DNA of 53,371 nucleotides from a virus. Taxonomy: Duplodnaviria; Caudoviricetes. Shown here piece by piece: positions 1 through 8,796 of the stretch. The stretch's first letter is position 1; every line of letters begins with the position of its first letter. Where the stretch lies: positions 1 to 53,371 of IMG/VR virus record IMGVR_UViG_3300020473_000702, one strand, 5' to 3'. The position numbers were made by a program, and so were the translations under genes. A model generated the notes under the pieces. That model made no database searches, was not told the DNA's origin, and worked only from the letters and a program-made list of their open reading frames with translations.

Positions 1-144
1 GAGATACAACTAGAGATGTTTCCACCGCCACCACCTAAGACACCGAAGGTTGGTACAGATGCACCACACCATAATATCTTAGAGAAATATTATGGTAAGG
101 ATTGGAAACCAACACCAGTAGAAGGATTGGAGGATCATTACTAA
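1..144 (+). CDS. 3' end of hypothetical protein (truncated by window)
   Basis: Frame 1 is open from base 1 (EIQLEMFPPPPPKTPKVG...EDHY) to TAA at 142-144, which overlaps the purN ATG (TAATG). Confidence 0.6.
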   Translation, partial: EIQLEMFPPPPPKTPKVGTDAPHHNILEKYYGKDWKPTPVEGLEDHY

Positions 145-698
145 TGAGATTAGGAGTCATGTGTTCTGGAGAAGGAACTAACTTCGAGAACATTGTACGA
201 TACCCTCAGATGAAACATGAGATTGTGTTAATGATACACAATACTAAACAGTGTGGTGCTGTAGCGAGAGCAGCAAAGTTTGGAATCCCACACGTAAGGA
301 TAGCACACAAAGATGAAGAACAAATGATTCAACTCTTCAAGGCATGGAGGGTTGATCTTGTTGTATTAGCAGGTTACATGAGAGTCCTTAAGAAACCATC
401 TGAGTTCCCATGTCCTATCATAAATGTACACCCATCACTACTACCTAAGTACAAGGGTTTACATGCAGTAGAACAAGCATTAGAATCAGGTGATAAAGAG
501 AGTGGATGCACTGTCCACTATGTTAACGAAGAGCTTGACGGTGGTGATATAATAAGTCAATCAAGAGTTCCTATTTGTCCTGATGATACTGTAGAGACAT
601 TACAACATCGTATCCAACGAGCAGAATATAGACTGCTTCCTTTAGTAATTAATGATTTAGCATATGAGCAAGCCCAAACTAAGTGCATGGTTGTATAG
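144..698 (+). CDS. purN: Phosphoribosylglycinamide formyltransferase
   Basis: SGEGTNF, LAGYMRVL, INVHPSLLPKYKG, GCTVHYV, LDGG motifs; start set at ATG 144 (TAATG coupling) rather than 102. Confidence 0.93.
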   Translation: MRLGVMCSGEGTNFENIVRYPQMKHEIVLMIHNTKQCGAVARAAKFGIPHVRIAHKDEEQMIQLFKAWRVDLVVLAGYMRVLKKPSEFPCPIINVHPSLLPKYKGLHAVEQALESGDKESGCTVHYVNEELDGGDIISQSRVPICPDDTVETLQHRIQRAEYRLLPLVINDLAYEQAQTKCMVV

Positions 699-1050
699 TA
701 TCAACCAAACCAAAAAGAATATGATGGATGAAGATCCATCTTTGGAGAACTCATATCCTAGTTGGATTATTAATAAGTGCCTATCATCCTTTACAGACAC
801 TGTGTTGTTTGCTAATGAGATGAATATGAATTATCATATATCTAAGCGTATGCAATACGACTTTTATATAAATAGTCTGAGACCTAGAAAGAGATTCTCT
901 CCTTGGTCTAAGAAAGAGTCGATTGATTATCTTGATGAAGTTCGTGAGTATTATGGGTATAGCTATACCAAGGCTCTAGAAGTAATCAGGATATTATCAA
1001 CAGATCAACTCGAACATATAAAAAGATCATTGCATAAAGGTGGAAAATAA
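664..1050 (+). CDS. gp62: Sliding-clamp loader small subunit (T4 gp62-like)
   Basis: YPSWIINKCLS...FANEMN...QYDFYINSLRPRKRFSPW...YYGYS; position directly upstream of regA. Confidence 0.9.
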   Translation: MSKPKLSAWLYSINQTKKNMMDEDPSLENSYPSWIINKCLSSFTDTVLFANEMNMNYHISKRMQYDFYINSLRPRKRFSPWSKKESIDYLDEVREYYGYSYTKALEVIRILSTDQLEHIKRSLHKGGK

Positions 1051-1466
1051 TGTCCGTTGATACTGAGATCCAGTGGAAACAGTCTGATATGATTGAGGTA
1101 GGTCTCAAAGAACCAGATGATTTCCTAAAGGTTCGTGAAACATTAACACGAATTGGTGTTGCTTCTAGAAAAGAAAGAAAGATATATCAGTCGTGTCACA
1201 TCTTGCATAAGCAAGGAAAGTATTACATAGTTCACTTCAAGGAACTCTTCGCACTTGATGGTAAGAACACAAACATCACAGAGAATGATATTCAGCGTAG
1301 AAATCGTATAACACAGTTGTTATCTGATTGGGGATTGGTTACGATCATTAATCAGGATAGTGTTGGTGAGCTTGCACCATTAAATCAGATCAAAGTTATA
1401 TCTTTTAAAGAGAAAGGTGATTGGACTTTAGAGTCCAAATATAATATTGGTAAGAAGAAACCGTAA
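1050..1466 (+). CDS. regA: Translational repressor RegA
   Basis: PDDFLKVRETLTRIGVAS, QSCHILHKQGKYYIVHFKELFALDG. Confidence 0.95.
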   Translation: MSVDTEIQWKQSDMIEVGLKEPDDFLKVRETLTRIGVASRKERKIYQSCHILHKQGKYYIVHFKELFALDGKNTNITENDIQRRNRITQLLSDWGLVTIINQDSVGELAPLNQIKVISFKEKGDWTLESKYNIGKKKP

Positions 1467-1518
1467 CATCCGTACTCAGTTTTCTGGTTTACCACATGGT
1501 AAATTCAGTCCACCACTG

Positions 1519-1551
1519 CTTAAATAGTAGTGTGATGCCTTCGGGGTCACA
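1519..1551 (+). promoter_or_regulatory. T4 late-type promoter (TTAAATA) followed by a UUCG hairpin in the hsp20 leader
   Basis: CTTAAATA 1519-1526; TGTGAT-G-CC-TTCG-GG-G-TCACA 1531-1551; AAGGAGG Shine-Dalgarno 1568-1574. Confidence 0.55.
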
Positions 1552-1579
1552 TTCAATTAGTCGCTTCAAGGAGGACACC

Positions 1580-2023
1580 ATGCGTAGATCATACTGGGAT
1601 ACCTATAGCCCATTTCAATTAGGATTCGATGAAACATTCAACAGACTCGAAAGACTGGCAGAAGCTGGACAAAATTACCCACCCTATAATGTTTTTCATG
1701 GGGGAGATGGTAGAACCGTTCTGGAAATCGCTCTTGCTGGATTTTCAAGAGAAGATATCGAAGTTACCACCGAACAAAACATCTTAACAGTTAAAGCAGC
1801 TGCAGAAGAAAAGGATGAGAGATCCTATACCCATAAGGGTATTGCTACAAGATCATTTGATAGGAGTTGGCAACTAGGAGATTCTATTGAAGTTGAGAAT
1901 GTTGAGTATAAGGATGGATTACTGGTTGTGAATCTTACTAAGGTTCTTCCAGAGAATCAGCAAAAGAAATTCTGGTTCGGCACAGGTGCTGCCAGAGAAA
2001 AGTTAGAGGCTCAGGTCTCTTAG
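1580..2023 (+). CDS. hsp20: Small heat-shock protein (Hsp20/IbpA family)
   Basis: NYPPYN, LEIALAGFS, HKGIATRSF, DGLL motifs; ATG 1580 follows a strong SD. Confidence 0.93.
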   Translation: MRRSYWDTYSPFQLGFDETFNRLERLAEAGQNYPPYNVFHGGDGRTVLEIALAGFSREDIEVTTEQNILTVKAAAEEKDERSYTHKGIATRSFDRSWQLGDSIEVENVEYKDGLLVVNLTKVLPENQQKKFWFGTGAAREKLEAQVS

Positions 2024-2050
2024 TGGAGTAGTGGTATTTTGTTATGAATC

Positions 2051-2086
2051 AAAGGGGGAGCTTGACTTTTGTCGAGTTCCCCTTTA
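2051..2086 (+). terminator. Rho-independent terminator-like hairpin after hsp20
   Basis: AAAGGGGGAGCTTGAC-TTTT-GTCGAGTTCCCCTTT, about 15-bp stem with G-U pairs. Confidence 0.7.
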
Positions 2087-2090
2087 TAAT
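2062..2090 (+). promoter_or_regulatory. Sigma70-type early promoter
   Basis: TTGACT (2062-2067), 17 nt, TATAAT (2085-2090). Confidence 0.75.
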
Positions 2091-2112
2091 GTCTAGATAC
2101 ATCCATTAAAAT

Positions 2113-2496
2113 ATGAGCATCAAACTTATCGTTCTTAATACAGGAGAGCGAGTAGTGGCTGATATACATGAGATGAGGAGAGCTACTATAGATCCTAAAG
2201 AACCTGCTACCATAGGGTATGTTATGGTTCATCCTCAGATCGTTACAGTCTCTAGGGGTATTCCAACTACTCAGAAATTTCAGACTAACGAACCTGAATT
2301 GAAGGTATCTTTTTCCCCTTGGAATCCTTTTGCAAGACATCAACAGTTTCGTTTGAATCTGTATAGTGTTGTTAGTATAAATGATGTTAGGGAAGATGTT
2401 GAGAAGATATATCTTGACGAATTCCATGTAAAAGATTATGAGATGGTTGCAGAGGAACTATCAATTATGTACACTGAACTTACTGAATATTCTTAA
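2113..2496 (+). CDS. Hypothetical protein (paralog of the next gene)
   Basis: ORF downstream of promoter; FSPWNPF motif shared with next ORF. Confidence 0.75.
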   Translation: MSIKLIVLNTGERVVADIHEMRRATIDPKEPATIGYVMVHPQIVTVSRGIPTTQKFQTNEPELKVSFSPWNPFARHQQFRLNLYSVVSINDVREDVEKIYLDEFHVKDYEMVAEELSIMYTELTEYS

Positions 2497-2497
2497 T

Positions 2498-2845
2498 ATG
2501 ACTATACAAGTTATTAACATGAAGTATTCCAACGAGCAAATTATTTGTGATGTTGGAGAAGTATTCCATGATCAAGACTCAAAGGAGAAAGGAGAGAAAC
2601 CTATTTGTTTAGCATTCACAGATCCTTATACTCTACATGTTGTAAATGAAACTGAGGAAGGTTATAATATTAACTTCAAGAAATGGAATCCATTTACAGA
2701 TGATAGGCAGTTTAATGTTGGGTTTGATATGATTGGTATAATTAGTAGTGCTAAGCCTGCAGTGCAGAAAGCATATGAACAAAAGATTTTAGCAGACAGT
2801 CAACCAATAGAAGAGACTAATGAAGAAACTACTACGACTGAATAA
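2498..2845 (+). CDS. Hypothetical protein (paralog of the preceding gene)
   Basis: FKKWNPF motif; ATG 2498 directly after the previous stop. Confidence 0.75.
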   Translation: MTIQVINMKYSNEQIICDVGEVFHDQDSKEKGEKPICLAFTDPYTLHVVNETEEGYNINFKKWNPFTDDRQFNVGFDMIGIISSAKPAVQKAYEQKILADSQPIEETNEETTTTE

Positions 2846-3065
2846 TGAACCTTGGATCCTTGCTGATGTATCAGAGATACCAGAGGCAGAATATGGTGAA
2901 CCAGATTGTATTCTGGAAGATCCTATCACATTAGATGGTGAGAGGTGGCCAAAGTATTCAGCAGACTTTCAAATAGTTGTTAGATCTACTGATATAATAG
3001 TGATGGTTAATCCAACAGACGAAGCTTTAAATACAGCAGAAGCAAAAGAACTACTTACTGAATGA
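2820..3065 (+). CDS. Hypothetical protein upstream of DNA polymerase
   Basis: GEPDCILEDP motif; ATGA overlap with gp43. Confidence 0.7.
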   Translation: MKKLLRLNNEPWILADVSEIPEAEYGEPDCILEDPITLDGERWPKYSADFQIVVRSTDIIVMVNPTDEALNTAEAKELLTE

Positions 3066-5554
3066 AATTTTACACCAATGTTGAGCAAGCAGGTCAGAAC
3101 CTTCTTGTCCGTGGTTATGAGGGAGGCAAGGCATTTAAAGATAGGGTTCCATTTAACCCTACTTTATATCTCCCAACATCTAACTTCTCTAAATGGAGAA
3201 CCCTTGAGGGGAAGTGTGTAGAGCCTATGAAGCAAGGTTCCATTGCAGGTGCAAAGGAAACTATAATGAGGTATAGAGATGTTGCTAACATGGAAGTGTA
3301 TGGTAACACAAGATACCTGTATCAGTATATCGCAGAGGAATATTCTGATGATCACATAAAGTTTGATCCCAAGGCAATTAGAGTATTCAACATCGATATT
3401 GAAACTGCTGCAGAGAATGGGTTTCCTGATATCGAAGCAGCAGACCAAGAGATACTAGCGATCAGTATTAAGGACTCCTTTACTGGTCGCATTACTGTCT
3501 TTGGTGCTAGATCATTTGATAATAAACATGAAGATGTAGACTACCTTCATTTTAAAACTGAACAGTCTATGCTATCAGCATTTTTGGAGTACTGGAATGA
3601 AAATTTTCCTGATGTTATTACAGGTTGGAACGTACAACTTTTTGATATTCCCTATATCGCTGGTCGTATTTCTAGGATTCTCGGTGAGAAGTATACTCGT
3701 TATCTTAGCCCGTGGAGGCTTATATCTAGACGTGAAATTTATATCAAGGGGAGAAAGCAAATCGCTTACGATCTTCCAGGAGTATCTACTCTGGATTACC
3801 TCGAGCTATACAGGAAATTCACTTATACAAACCAAGAAAGTTATAGACTTGATCACATCTGCATGGTTGAGCTTGGAGCGAGAAAGTTAGATCACTCTGA
3901 GTATGATACATTCAAAGAGTTCTATCAGAATGATTGGCAGAAGTTTATTGATTACAACATCCATGACGTTAGGTTAGTAGATCAACTTGATGATAAGATG
4001 AAACTACTTGACCTAGCATTTACTATGGCTTATGATGCTAAGGTCAATTATGAAGATGTGTTTAGTCAGGTACGTATGTGGGATAATTACATATACGTTG
4101 AACTTCTTAAGAGGAAGATAGCAATTCCACCTAAGAAGGAGAGTGCAAACAAATCAGAAAAATACGCAGGTGCTTATGTCAAGGAACCGAAGACAGGATT
4201 CTATGATTGGGTTGTTAATTTTGACCTCAATAGCCTGTACCCTCATCTTATTATGCAATATAACATCTCACCAGAGACCCTCTGGGAGACTGGACATCCC
4301 AGTTCGAGCGTTGAGGGGATCTTAAATCAGGAGGTAGAGATAGATGGGACTTATGCAGTTTGTGCGAATGGAGCACAATATAGGAAGGATGTACGAGGAT
4401 TCCTTCCTGAACTTATGGATAAGATGTACAATGAAAGAGTCATCTTCAAGAAGAAGATGCTTAAAGCAAAGCAGGAGTATGAAAAGAATCCTTCTAATGA
4501 ACTCATTAAAGAGATCGCTAGATGTAACAACATACAGATGGCCAAGAAGATCTCACTTAATAGTGCTTATGGTGCTATCGGCAATGAGCACTTCAGGTAT
4601 TATAAGCTTGCTAATGCCGAAGCCATTACCCTTTCTGGCCAAGTATCTATTCGTTGGATAGAGAACAAGATCAATGTTTATCTAAATAAACTACTCTCTA
4701 CAGATAAAGTTGATTACGTTATCGCATCAGACACCGACTCAATATATCTTAATCTCGGACCTCTTGTTAATAAATTTTTTGCTCATAAGTCTGATAATAA
4801 GATTAAGATTGTTGAGCTCTTGGACAAGATCTGTAAAGATCAGTTGGAACCGTTTATCGAGAAGTCTTACCAGGAACTGGCTTCGTATGTCTCGGCGTAT
4901 GAACAGAAAATGATCATGAAGCGAGAGAACATCGCTGATCGTGGTATATGGACTGCTAAGAAGAGATACATATTGAACGTATGGGACTCAGAAGGAGTCC
5001 GTTATAAAGAACCCAAGATGAAAATAATGGGTTTAGAAACAGCGAGGTCATCAACACCTCAGTATTTCAGGGATAAATTATATGCAGCTTTTAAGATTAT
5101 TATCGGCAAAACAAATGATGAACTTGTCTCATTTATCAATGGTGTCAGAGCAGAGACAAAAGATCAACCATACGAGGACATTGCATTTCCAAGGGGGTGC
5201 AACGGTGTTGAGAAATACTTTTCAAGAACCGACATCTATCAAAAAGGAACGCCCATCCACGTAAGGGGTGCTCTGCTTTATAACCATTATGTTAAAAAGA
5301 ATAAGATAGAGAACAAGTATCCTTTAATACAGGAGGGTGAGAAGATAAAATTCATTTATCTTAAGACACCCAATCCTTTTAGGGAGGATTGTATCTCCTT
5401 CTTCAATGAGATTCCAAAGGAGTTTAATATGGAGAAGTATATTGATCACAAGAAACAATTTGAAAAGAGTTTCTTGAAACCACTGGAAAATGTGCTAGAA
5501 TGCATAGGGTGGAACAGTAAAAAAGTTGTTACGATAGGGAGTTTTTTCACATGA
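3062..5554 (+). CDS. gp43: Family B DNA polymerase (T4 gp43-like)
   Basis: Exo DIET; DLNSLYP; KISLNSAYG; SDTDS; KKRY. Confidence 0.98.
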   Translation: MKFYTNVEQAGQNLLVRGYEGGKAFKDRVPFNPTLYLPTSNFSKWRTLEGKCVEPMKQGSIAGAKETIMRYRDVANMEVYGNTRYLYQYIAEEYSDDHIKFDPKAIRVFNIDIETAAENGFPDIEAADQEILAISIKDSFTGRITVFGARSFDNKHEDVDYLHFKTEQSMLSAFLEYWNENFPDVITGWNVQLFDIPYIAGRISRILGEKYTRYLSPWRLISRREIYIKGRKQIAYDLPGVSTLDYLELYRKFTYTNQESYRLDHICMVELGARKLDHSEYDTFKEFYQNDWQKFIDYNIHDVRLVDQLDDKMKLLDLAFTMAYDAKVNYEDVFSQVRMWDNYIYVELLKRKIAIPPKKESANKSEKYAGAYVKEPKTGFYDWVVNFDLNSLYPHLIMQYNISPETLWETGHPSSSVEGILNQEVEIDGTYAVCANGAQYRKDVRGFLPELMDKMYNERVIFKKKMLKAKQEYEKNPSNELIKEIARCNNIQMAKKISLNSAYGAIGNEHFRYYKLANAEAITLSGQVSIRWIENKINVYLNKLLSTDKVDYVIASDTDSIYLNLGPLVNKFFAHKSDNKIKIVELLDKICKDQLEPFIEKSYQELASYVSAYEQKMIMKRENIADRGIWTAKKRYILNVWDSEGVRYKEPKMKIMGLETARSSTPQYFRDKLYAAFKIIIGKTNDELVSFINGVRAETKDQPYEDIAFPRGCNGVEKYFSRTDIYQKGTPIHVRGALLYNHYVKKNKIENKYPLIQEGEKIKFIYLKTPNPFREDCISFFNEIPKEFNMEKYIDHKKQFEKSFLKPLENVLECIGWNSKKVVTIGSFFT

Positions 5555-5730
5555 GCAGAACCGTATGGACAGTCACTTACCAAGATGATCCAATAGAAGC
5601 ACTTGAACCTGAACAGGTTAGAGTTTTTGAAGAACGTGATACTGCAAGACAGTATGCTTTAATGATGGCCAGTGGTGGTCACAACTATGTTAACATGTAT
5701 GAAAGTGAGGTTAATAAATGGGGTTCCTAG
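5551..5730 (+). CDS. Small hypothetical protein (59 aa, below the ORF-track cut-off)
   Basis: ATGA overlap with gp43 stop; [19 protein letters not shown]...VNKWGS* fills the gap to uvsX. Confidence 0.65.
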   Translation: MSRTVWTVTYQDDPIEALEPEQVRVFEERDTARQYALMMASGGHNYVNMYESEVNKWGS

Positions 5731-6731
5731 ATACTGTAATTAAAGAGAGTGGGAATGAGTATGCAAGTATCGTCAGCGATGGAGTCGCTGCAGGAGATAC
5801 ATCCAGTTTTGTTGATACAGGTAGCCATATTTTCAATGCTGTCGTTAGCGGATCTTTGTTTGGTGGTATTCCATCCAACAAGGTTACGGCACTTGCAGGG
5901 GAATCTTCCACAGGAAAAACTTTCTTTGCCCTTAGTGTTGTACGTAACTTTCTTAATCAGCACAGTGATGGTGGGGTTATTTATTTTGAGTCTGAATCTG
6001 CTATCTCCAAGGATATGATTGAGAGCAGAGGTATAGATTCCAAACGTATGGTAATCTTTCCTGTTGCTACTATTGAAGAGTTTAGAACACAAGCTACTAG
6101 GATTCTTGATAAGTATCTGAAAGAACCAAAGGATAAGCGTCAACCATTGATGTTTGTTCTTGATTCTCTTGGTATGCTATCAACATCAAAGGAGATGGAA
6201 GACATCTCTAATGATAAACAGGTCAGGGATATGACCAAATCACAGTTGATCAAGGGTGCATTCAGGGTATTGACCTTGAAGCTTGGACAGGCAAAGGTTC
6301 CTATGATTGTTACGAATCACACATATGATGTGATTGGATCCTATGTGCCACAAAAAGAAATGGGTGGTGGAGCTGGACTAAAGTATGCTGCATCTACTAT
6401 AATATATTTGACCAAATCAAAAGAGAAGGAAGGTACAGACCTAGTGGGTAACATCATTAAGTGTGAAGCCAAGAAATCTCGTCTAACCAAGGAGGGTTCT
6501 AAAGTTGCTACTAGATTATACTTCGATGAACGTGGATTGGACAAGTACTATGGACTCTTGGAATTGGGTGAACAGTACAACATCTTTACGAGGGTGGGCA
6601 ACCGTCTCAAGTTCGGTGAAACTTCTGTTTACCCTAAATCTGTTCTTGCTAATCCTGAGAAGTATTTCACAGACGAAGTGATGGCTCAGTTAGAGGAAGC
6701 AGCAAGAACGGAGTATAGTTATGGTAACTGA
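5718..6731 (+). CDS. uvsX: RecA-like recombinase UvsX
   Basis: Walker A GESSTGKT; VLDSLG; EMGGG.GLKYAAS. Confidence 0.95.
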   Translation: MGFLDTVIKESGNEYASIVSDGVAAGDTSSFVDTGSHIFNAVVSGSLFGGIPSNKVTALAGESSTGKTFFALSVVRNFLNQHSDGGVIYFESESAISKDMIESRGIDSKRMVIFPVATIEEFRTQATRILDKYLKEPKDKRQPLMFVLDSLGMLSTSKEMEDISNDKQVRDMTKSQLIKGAFRVLTLKLGQAKVPMIVTNHTYDVIGSYVPQKEMGGGAGLKYAASTIIYLTKSKEKEGTDLVGNIIKCEAKKSRLTKEGSKVATRLYFDERGLDKYYGLLELGEQYNIFTRVGNRLKFGETSVYPKSVLANPEKYFTDEVMAQLEEAARTEYSYGN

Positions 6732-8115
6732 GAGGATAGAAAATACTATCCTTCGGAATCTTCTTTGTAATGAGGAGTACTATCGTAAGGTAGTACCTCA
6801 TCTTGATTCAGAGTATTTTCAGGATGCTGTTGATGTAGTTCTCTTTGAAGAGATACAAGATTTTTCAGCTAAGTATGATAAGACTCCTACTAAAGAAGTT
6901 CTAAAAATTAATCTTGGTAATAGGACTGATCTTACAGATGAGACCTATAAAAATGCTTTGATTAGATTGGATGATCTTAACGATGAATGGGTTGATGCTG
7001 ATTGGTTATCTGATTCTACTGAGAAGTGGTGTCAGGATAAAGCAATCTATAATGCATTACTCAAGTCAGTTAAGATTGCTGATGGTAATGATGAAAAGTT
7101 ATCTAAGGATGCTATCCCTAGTATTCTACAGGAAGCTTTAGGTGTATCATTTGATGAGCATGTAGGACATGATTACATAGAGTCTGCTGATAATAGATAT
7201 GAGTTCTACCATAGAGAAGAGGAGAAGATACCATTTGACTTAGAGAAGTTTAATTACATTACTAAAGGTGGTCTTCCTAATAAGACTCTTAACATAGCAC
7301 TTGCTGGTACAGGTGTTGGTAAGTCTCTATTCATGTGTCACATGGCTAGTGCTTGCCTGTTGAGAAGTAAGAATGTTCTCTATGTTACTATGGAGATGTC
7401 TGAGGAAAAGATTGCAGAACGTATTGATGCTAATTGTTTGAATGTTAACATCAAAGATATTGTGGATCTACCTCAGATGATGTTCAGATCTAAGATCGCT
7501 GATCTTGAGAAAAAGACTAAAGGAAAGATTATCATCAAGGAATATCCTACTGCTTCAGCTCATGCTGGACATTTCAGGGCATTACTTAATGAACTAAAAC
7601 TTAAGAAATCATTCAAACCTGATATAATCTTTATAGATTACCTTAACATTTGTGCTAGTGTAAGATATAAAGGACACATTGTTAACTCTTATACCTATGT
7701 TAAAGCGATTGCTGAAGAGCTTCGGGGTCTTGCTGTCGAGTTTGACCTACCGATTGTTAGTGCTACTCAAACTACTCGTTCTGGTTTTGGGTCTAGTGAT
7801 CCTGACCTCACTGACACTTCAGAATCCTTTGGACTCCCTGCTACTGCTGATCTTATGTTCGCTCTCATTTCTAGCGAGGAGCTGGAACAGGAAGGTAGAA
7901 TAATGGTTAAGCAGTTGAAGAACAGGTACAATGATCCTACTTCAAATCGTAAGTTTGTTGTGGGTATAGATAGAGCGAAGATGAAGTTATTTGATGTTGC
8001 AGAATCTACTTCTGATATCATGAGTGAGAAGGAAGAAGATCCAGACGTTAATGCTTTTGACGCAGTAAAACAAAACCAAGACCGCCTTAGTAAATTCGCT
8101 GAATGGAATGTTTAA
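6721..8115 (+). CDS. gp41: Replicative DnaB-like helicase (T4 gp41-like)
   Basis: AGTGVGKS; IFIDYLNI; SATQTTR; [11 protein letters not shown]; KQLKNRY. Confidence 0.96.
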   Translation: MVTERIENTILRNLLCNEEYYRKVVPHLDSEYFQDAVDVVLFEEIQDFSAKYDKTPTKEVLKINLGNRTDLTDETYKNALIRLDDLNDEWVDADWLSDSTEKWCQDKAIYNALLKSVKIADGNDEKLSKDAIPSILQEALGVSFDEHVGHDYIESADNRYEFYHREEEKIPFDLEKFNYITKGGLPNKTLNIALAGTGVGKSLFMCHMASACLLRSKNVLYVTMEMSEEKIAERIDANCLNVNIKDIVDLPQMMFRSKIADLEKKTKGKIIIKEYPTASAHAGHFRALLNELKLKKSFKPDIIFIDYLNICASVRYKGHIVNSYTYVKAIAEELRGLAVEFDLPIVSATQTTRSGFGSSDPDLTDTSESFGLPATADLMFALISSEELEQEGRIMVKQLKNRYNDPTSNRKFVVGIDRAKMKLFDVAESTSDIMSEKEEDPDVNAFDAVKQNQDRLSKFAEWNV

Positions 8116-8353
8116 ACACGGAGACATAGTTGAGTTCCGAGGAGATAGAGGTTTCGTTAACTTCTATGATAAAACAGCACCATACTTCACATTGTGTGTG
8201 AGACAATGGGAAGATCCAGGTAAAATGCATGGCGTAAGTCAATGCAATGTCCTAGTGTATCGTACACACTGGGATGAGGTTATAAAGATAGATCCAGCAC
8301 CTAATGCTGATACCTATCACTCACAAGAACACCGTTATTCAGATCCACAATGA
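8108..8353 (+). CDS. Hypothetical protein
   Basis: ORF overlapping both neighbours in operon fashion. Confidence 0.65.
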   Translation: MFKHGDIVEFRGDRGFVNFYDKTAPYFTLCVRQWEDPGKMHGVSQCNVLVYRTHWDEVIKIDPAPNADTYHSQEHRYSDPQ

Positions 8354-8760
8354 CACAATCAGTTGATTATGATAAGTACCTAGAGTTTGTCGATGGTACT
8401 ACAAGCCACCCTTCTAAGAGTACAGATGAGTTCATCAATAGAATTAAAGATTTAGAATCTAAGGGTGTTGATATTCCTAGACTTCTTACTGCTGCTGTTG
8501 GTATCAGTGCAGAAGGTGGAGAGTTCACAGAGATAGTAAAGAAGATTGCTTTCCAAGGTAAGGAACTTACAGAAGATACTAAGGTTCATCTTTTAAAAGA
8601 ATTAGGTGATGTGTTCTGGTATATTGCACAAGCTTGTAATGCATTAGATCTAGACTTCCAGACTATAGTAGTTACTAACATGATGAAGTTAGCAGCACGA
8701 TACCCAGATGGTGAGTTTGATATATTCCAATCAGAGAACCGAAAGGAAGGTGATATCTAA
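8350..8760 (+). CDS. mazG: MazG-like nucleotide pyrophosphohydrolase
   Basis: AEGGEFTEIVKK...KELGDVFWY...KLAARYP. Confidence 0.9.
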   Translation: MTQSVDYDKYLEFVDGTTSHPSKSTDEFINRIKDLESKGVDIPRLLTAAVGISAEGGEFTEIVKKIAFQGKELTEDTKVHLLKELGDVFWYIAQACNALDLDFQTIVVTNMMKLAARYPDGEFDIFQSENRKEGDI

Positions 8761-8764
8761 GACC

Positions 8765-8796
8765 ATCCCCCTCTAAATACTAGAGGGGGATTTTTT
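8765..8796 (+). terminator. Terminator hairpin containing a late-promoter motif and the downstream SD
   Basis: ATCCCCCTCTA-AATAC-TAGAGGGGGAT perfect 11-bp stem, then T-run; CTAAATA at 8773-8779. Confidence 0.8.

Noticed and set aside
867-874. TATAAATA inside gp62
   Set aside because: It coincides with conserved coding (YINS) and lies far from the next start; it may be a regA late promoter but cannot be supported from sequence alone
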